Shown here piece by piece: positions 60,950 through 64,000 of a stretch of 64,000 nt of DNA. Source of the stretch: Gammaproteobacteria bacterium (GTDB lineage Bacteria > Pseudomonadota > Gammaproteobacteria > UBA6002); assembly GCA_020050845.1 (NCBI GenBank), contig JAGVJZ010000027.1, positions 3,331 through 67,330 of the forward strand, read 5' to 3'. Position 1 is the stretch's first letter, and each line of letters opens with the position of its first letter. The position numbers and the translations under genes are program-made. The notes under the pieces are model-generated. The model saw only the letters and a program-made list of their open reading frames with translations. It ran no database searches and was not told the origin of the DNA.

Positions 60950-62368
60950 ATGAGAAGAATTATTATAAGAGTTTTTATAGTGTTATTGTGGAGTCAATCT
61001 TCATTCGCAGCTGATTTGGTGGAAGTTTATTGCCAAGCAGTAAAGTTTGATCCAACTTTTAATGCGGCGTTAGCCAACCTTATGGCTAACGAAGAAAATA
61101 TTCCTATTAACCGTTCAGTATTACTGCCACGTCTTGATATTCATGCGGATGTTGAGCGCAAGCTCATTATGTTTCAGGGTTTAAGTTTCGCAAATTTTCG
61201 ACGTACCGGTATTTTTATTCCAACAGCTGAAAGCCTGACTTTCTATGACAATTCAGTTAATTATTATCTCAAACTAACACAACCGATTTTCAACTGGACG
61301 AATTGGTCAAAATTACAGCAGGCAAAAGCATCGGTAAAAGCAGCTGAAGCGAGTTTTTGTGCCTCTGCTCAGGATCTAATGGTGCGAGTGGTTCGCGCCT
61401 ACTTTAATGTGCTAATTGCTGATGCCAATTTATTTTATACCCGAGAATATAAAAGAGCGGTTGCAGAACAGCTTCGTCAAAACCAAATTCAATTTAAAGT
61501 GGGTACGGTTGCAATCACCAATGTCTATGAAGCAGAAGCTGCCTATGACCTCGCTGTCTCTCAAGAAGTTACCGATCGTTATACTCTAGCGACATCAATT
61601 GAAGCTTTGCGGGCGATTACTAATGCTTTTTATTGCAGTCTCGAGGGCCTTACGGAGATGTTACCGTTGATTACCCCAAATCCTTGTGACATCCAGGGTT
61701 GGGTTTGTACAGCGGAGAAGCAGAACTATCAACTTATTTCGGCGCGTTATAACAGTATTGCGGCGTGTGAGAATGTTAAGGTTCAAGAGGGTGGCAAGTT
61801 ACCCGTAATTAATACCTATGGTAAATACACCTATAACTACGATAGCAATATACAAGGTGCCGATGTTTTAAATCGTCAGAAAACTGTTGAGGCTGGATTG
61901 GAAATGGATTGGGCTCCTCTCCAAGGTGGTGGTGTTTTAGCGAGGACTAGACAAGCCATTTATCAAAATCGGCAAGCCTGTGAAAATCAAGAATTCACCC
62001 ATCAACAAGTTATCTCGAATACTAGGAATGCGTATTTAGGAATATTCTCAGGGGTGGCTAAGGTTCGTTCCGATATGGCGGCCGTTAAATCTAATCTGGA
62101 ATCCGTAAGATCCACTGTCGAGAGCTTCAAGGTTGGTACTCGTACAATTCTCGATGTTTTAAATGTCCAAGCCCAGCTCTACAACGCTCAAAAGCAATTT
62201 GCTGCCGATCGGTATGAGTATATCTATCAAACAGTTTTGCTTAAGCAAGCGGCAGGCACACTATCGGTTTGTGATTTGCAACGTATCAACGTCTGGTTAT
62301 ATTCTCACATCGATATTTCAAGGACAGATGCCTTATTATCGGGATGTCAATGTGCCACAACCCATTAA
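60950..62368 (+). CDS. tolC: TolC-family outer membrane efflux channel
   Basis: Signal peptide (…QSSFA/ADL) and two OEP repeats. 472 aa. Confidence 0.8.
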   Translation: MRRIIIRVFIVLLWSQSSFAADLVEVYCQAVKFDPTFNAALANLMANEENIPINRSVLLPRLDIHADVERKLIMFQGLSFANFRRTGIFIPTAESLTFYDNSVNYYLKLTQPIFNWTNWSKLQQAKASVKAAEASFCASAQDLMVRVVRAYFNVLIADANLFYTREYKRAVAEQLRQNQIQFKVGTVAITNVYEAEAAYDLAVSQEVTDRYTLATSIEALRAITNAFYCSLEGLTEMLPLITPNPCDIQGWVCTAEKQNYQLISARYNSIAACENVKVQEGGKLPVINTYGKYTYNYDSNIQGADVLNRQKTVEAGLEMDWAPLQGGGVLARTRQAIYQNRQACENQEFTHQQVISNTRNAYLGIFSGVAKVRSDMAAVKSNLESVRSTVESFKVGTRTILDVLNVQAQLYNAQKQFAADRYEYIYQTVLLKQAAGTLSVCDLQRINVWLYSHIDISRTDALLSGCQCATTH

Positions 62369-62383
62369 GGGTCCTAGGATCCT

Positions 62384-63655
62384 CTAAAGGGATGGCACAA
62401 GTGCTTGGATAGCGGCAAGATGATTTGAGGTGGCCCCTTGATTCTTCTTAATAACTTCTAAGCCTTGTTCGCCTGATATTTCTCGCTGTCGCTCGTCTTT
62501 AAAAAGTGTCTTTAAAATCTGATACAAAGTTTCCGAATCATCTGCCACAAACAATGATCCATGCTCAGTCAATAAGCCACTGATGGCGCTGAAATTAAAT
62601 AAGTGCGGTCCCGTGACAATAGGGACTTTGGCACCAGCAGGTTCCAAGAGATTGTGACCCCCAACAGGGATCAAACTACCACCTACAAAGGCGACATCGG
62701 CCAAAGAGTAGTATAAATAAAGTTCCCCCATAGAATCACCCAAGAACACATTGGTATTAATGTCGGGTAGTTCTTTTCGCGATCTTCTTGCAATTTGATA
62801 CCCCAGACGCTGACAAATTCCAGCCACTTCGTCAAAGCGGTAGGGATGACGTGGCACTAAAACGAGTAGCATATCTGGATAATCCTGACGCAACCTGCCA
62901 AAAACCTCTAGTAATTGTTCTTCTTCATTAGAGTGAGTACTGGCAGCAACTAGAACATGGCTGTGAGGCAATTTTGTTCTTAATGCCTTGCCTTGATTAA
63001 GAAGAATGGTAGGAATCTCAATATCGAATTTCAGGTTGCCAGTAATTGTGATCCGCTGTTTGTTTATTCCTAGCGCTTCGAAGTGTTTGGCATCGAGTTC
63101 GCTTTGTGCAGCAACGGTCTTAATATTCTGTAAAAATGGCGCTATAAAGCCCTCAATTCGTTGATAACCTGCAAGTGATTTGGCAGAAAGTCGAGCATTA
63201 GCGATTAAAACCGGAATCTGCTCAATCCCCGCATAGTGAAGAAGATTCGGCCACATTTCTGTTTCCATTAGTACAATCAACTTGGGTTGAAAGTGCTTGA
63301 GGAAGCGTTTCAGCGCATAGGGAATATCGTAGGGTACGAACAGATGAGTTACTTTCTCATCAGATTTCCAGGTTGTTTGGACTCGAAGAGCCCCCGTTGC
63401 AGTCATGGTCGTCACCAGAATTTGAAGACTAGGATAATGCTGGCGTAGTGATTTGATTAGCGGTTCTGCCGCAACCGATTCTCCGTAAGAAACAGCGTGC
63501 AACCAAAGAGTAGGGGCACTGATTTTTTGATGATAGAAGCCTAATCTCTCTAATATTCGTCCCTTAACTTCTGAGTTGTGACGATTACGGATTACTAAAC
63601 GCAACAAAATGAAAGGCAGTAATAAATAAAAAAGGGCTGTATATAATCGTCGCAT
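62384..63655 (-). CDS. waaA: 3-deoxy-D-manno-octulosonic acid transferase
   Basis: N-terminal membrane anchor and glycosyltransferase N and C domains. 423 aa from the ATG at 63655. Confidence 0.85.
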   Translation of the reverse strand: MRRLYTALFYLLLPFILLRLVIRNRHNSEVKGRILERLGFYHQKISAPTLWLHAVSYGESVAAEPLIKSLRQHYPSLQILVTTMTATGALRVQTTWKSDEKVTHLFVPYDIPYALKRFLKHFQPKLIVLMETEMWPNLLHYAGIEQIPVLIANARLSAKSLAGYQRIEGFIAPFLQNIKTVAAQSELDAKHFEALGINKQRITITGNLKFDIEIPTILLNQGKALRTKLPHSHVLVAASTHSNEEEQLLEVFGRLRQDYPDMLLVLVPRHPYRFDEVAGICQRLGYQIARRSRKELPDINTNVFLGDSMGELYLYYSLADVAFVGGSLIPVGGHNLLEPAGAKVPIVTGPHLFNFSAISGLLTEHGSLFVADDSETLYQILKTLFKDERQREISGEQGLEVIKKNQGATSNHLAAIQALVPSL

Positions 63656-63750
63656 TTTAAAGGTACAATAGTTTGTAAAAGACGGCCATTGTAGCCGCTG
63701 TCTCACCCTTAAGAAAGCTAAAATATTTCGCAATTTTCTAAGGAAAGTTC

Positions 63751-63999
63751 ATGGTTGATTTTTTATTATTTAGAAAAATGCTGACCCCGATTCTGCTCCA
63801 GTTCTTATTTTGGATATCGGTAGTGGTCTTAGTGGTTGCTGGGATAGTCAATATTTATCATCATGCCATTGTTCATGGACTACAAATTATCATCCTGGGG
63901 CCCATTGTGGTGCGAATCTTCTGCGAGTTTCTAATCATATTTTTCAAGATGAACGATACCCTGCTAGCTATAAAAAATGCTGTACAAGAGAAAACTTAA
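63751..63999 (+). CDS. DUF4282-like small membrane protein
   Basis: 82 aa. MVDFLLFRKMLTPIL...W motif and two TM helices. Confidence 0.45.
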   Translation: MVDFLLFRKMLTPILLQFLFWISVVVLVVAGIVNIYHHAIVHGLQIIILGPIVVRIFCEFLIIFFKMNDTLLAIKNAVQEKT

Positions 64000-64000
64000 A

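Noticed and set aside
1-64000. tRNA, rRNA, tmRNA, CRISPR, IS/transposase and integrase genes
   Set aside because: A scan by eye for GGTTCGAATCC-type T-arms, rRNA-like conserved blocks, regular repeat-spacer arrays and DDE/tyrosine recombinase ORFs found none. A tRNAscan or Infernal run would be needed to be certain about small RNAs.

Overview
This 64-kb window is densely packed with housekeeping genes from a gammaproteobacterial chromosome of about 41% GC. The local gene order includes fmt-def, divergent dprA-smg-topA, ftsN-like-hslVU, prmC-prfA-hemA, tkt-gap-pgk-pyk, rpe-trpEGDC, parC/parE and nudF-tolC-waaA. The presence of a KdoO-like gene, a PF08886-type gshA, DjlA and many small GC-rich intergenic palindromes is compatible with a Legionellales (Coxiella-like) genome, but that is only a weak guess. 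I found no rRNA, tRNA, CRISPR array, IS element or integrase. About 60 CDS are called; most are recognisable core genes for cytochrome oxidase biogenesis, translation, glycolysis, tryptophan synthesis, topoisomerases, glutathione metabolism and the LPS core. The unusual parts are: (1) a low-GC, single-gene island encoding a DUF4143 AAA+ ATPase whose promoter carries three CRP-like GTGA-N6-TCAC palindromes spaced exactly 32 bp apart; (2) an in-frame TAA inside gap, 19 codons before its natural TGA that overlaps the pgk start; (3) an 81-bp two-hairpin repeat present twice, one copy inserted between trpE and trpG inside the operon; (4) a family of TGTCAT(T)CCCGCG-type inverted-repeat elements in at least four intergenic spacers, plus a related element in the parC/coq7 divergent region; (5) a 125-bp long inverted repeat abutting a near-consensus sigma-32 promoter of hslVU; (6) an AT-rich ORFan inside a glutathione-metabolism neighbourhood (gshA-gshB-ORFan-GltS-like-ggt); and (7) an ABC importer with no binding-protein gene lying next to a putative Kdo dioxygenase. 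No classical defence system or mobile element was found. The novelty candidates are regulatory and repeat structures and the orphan ATPase, not a multi-gene system.
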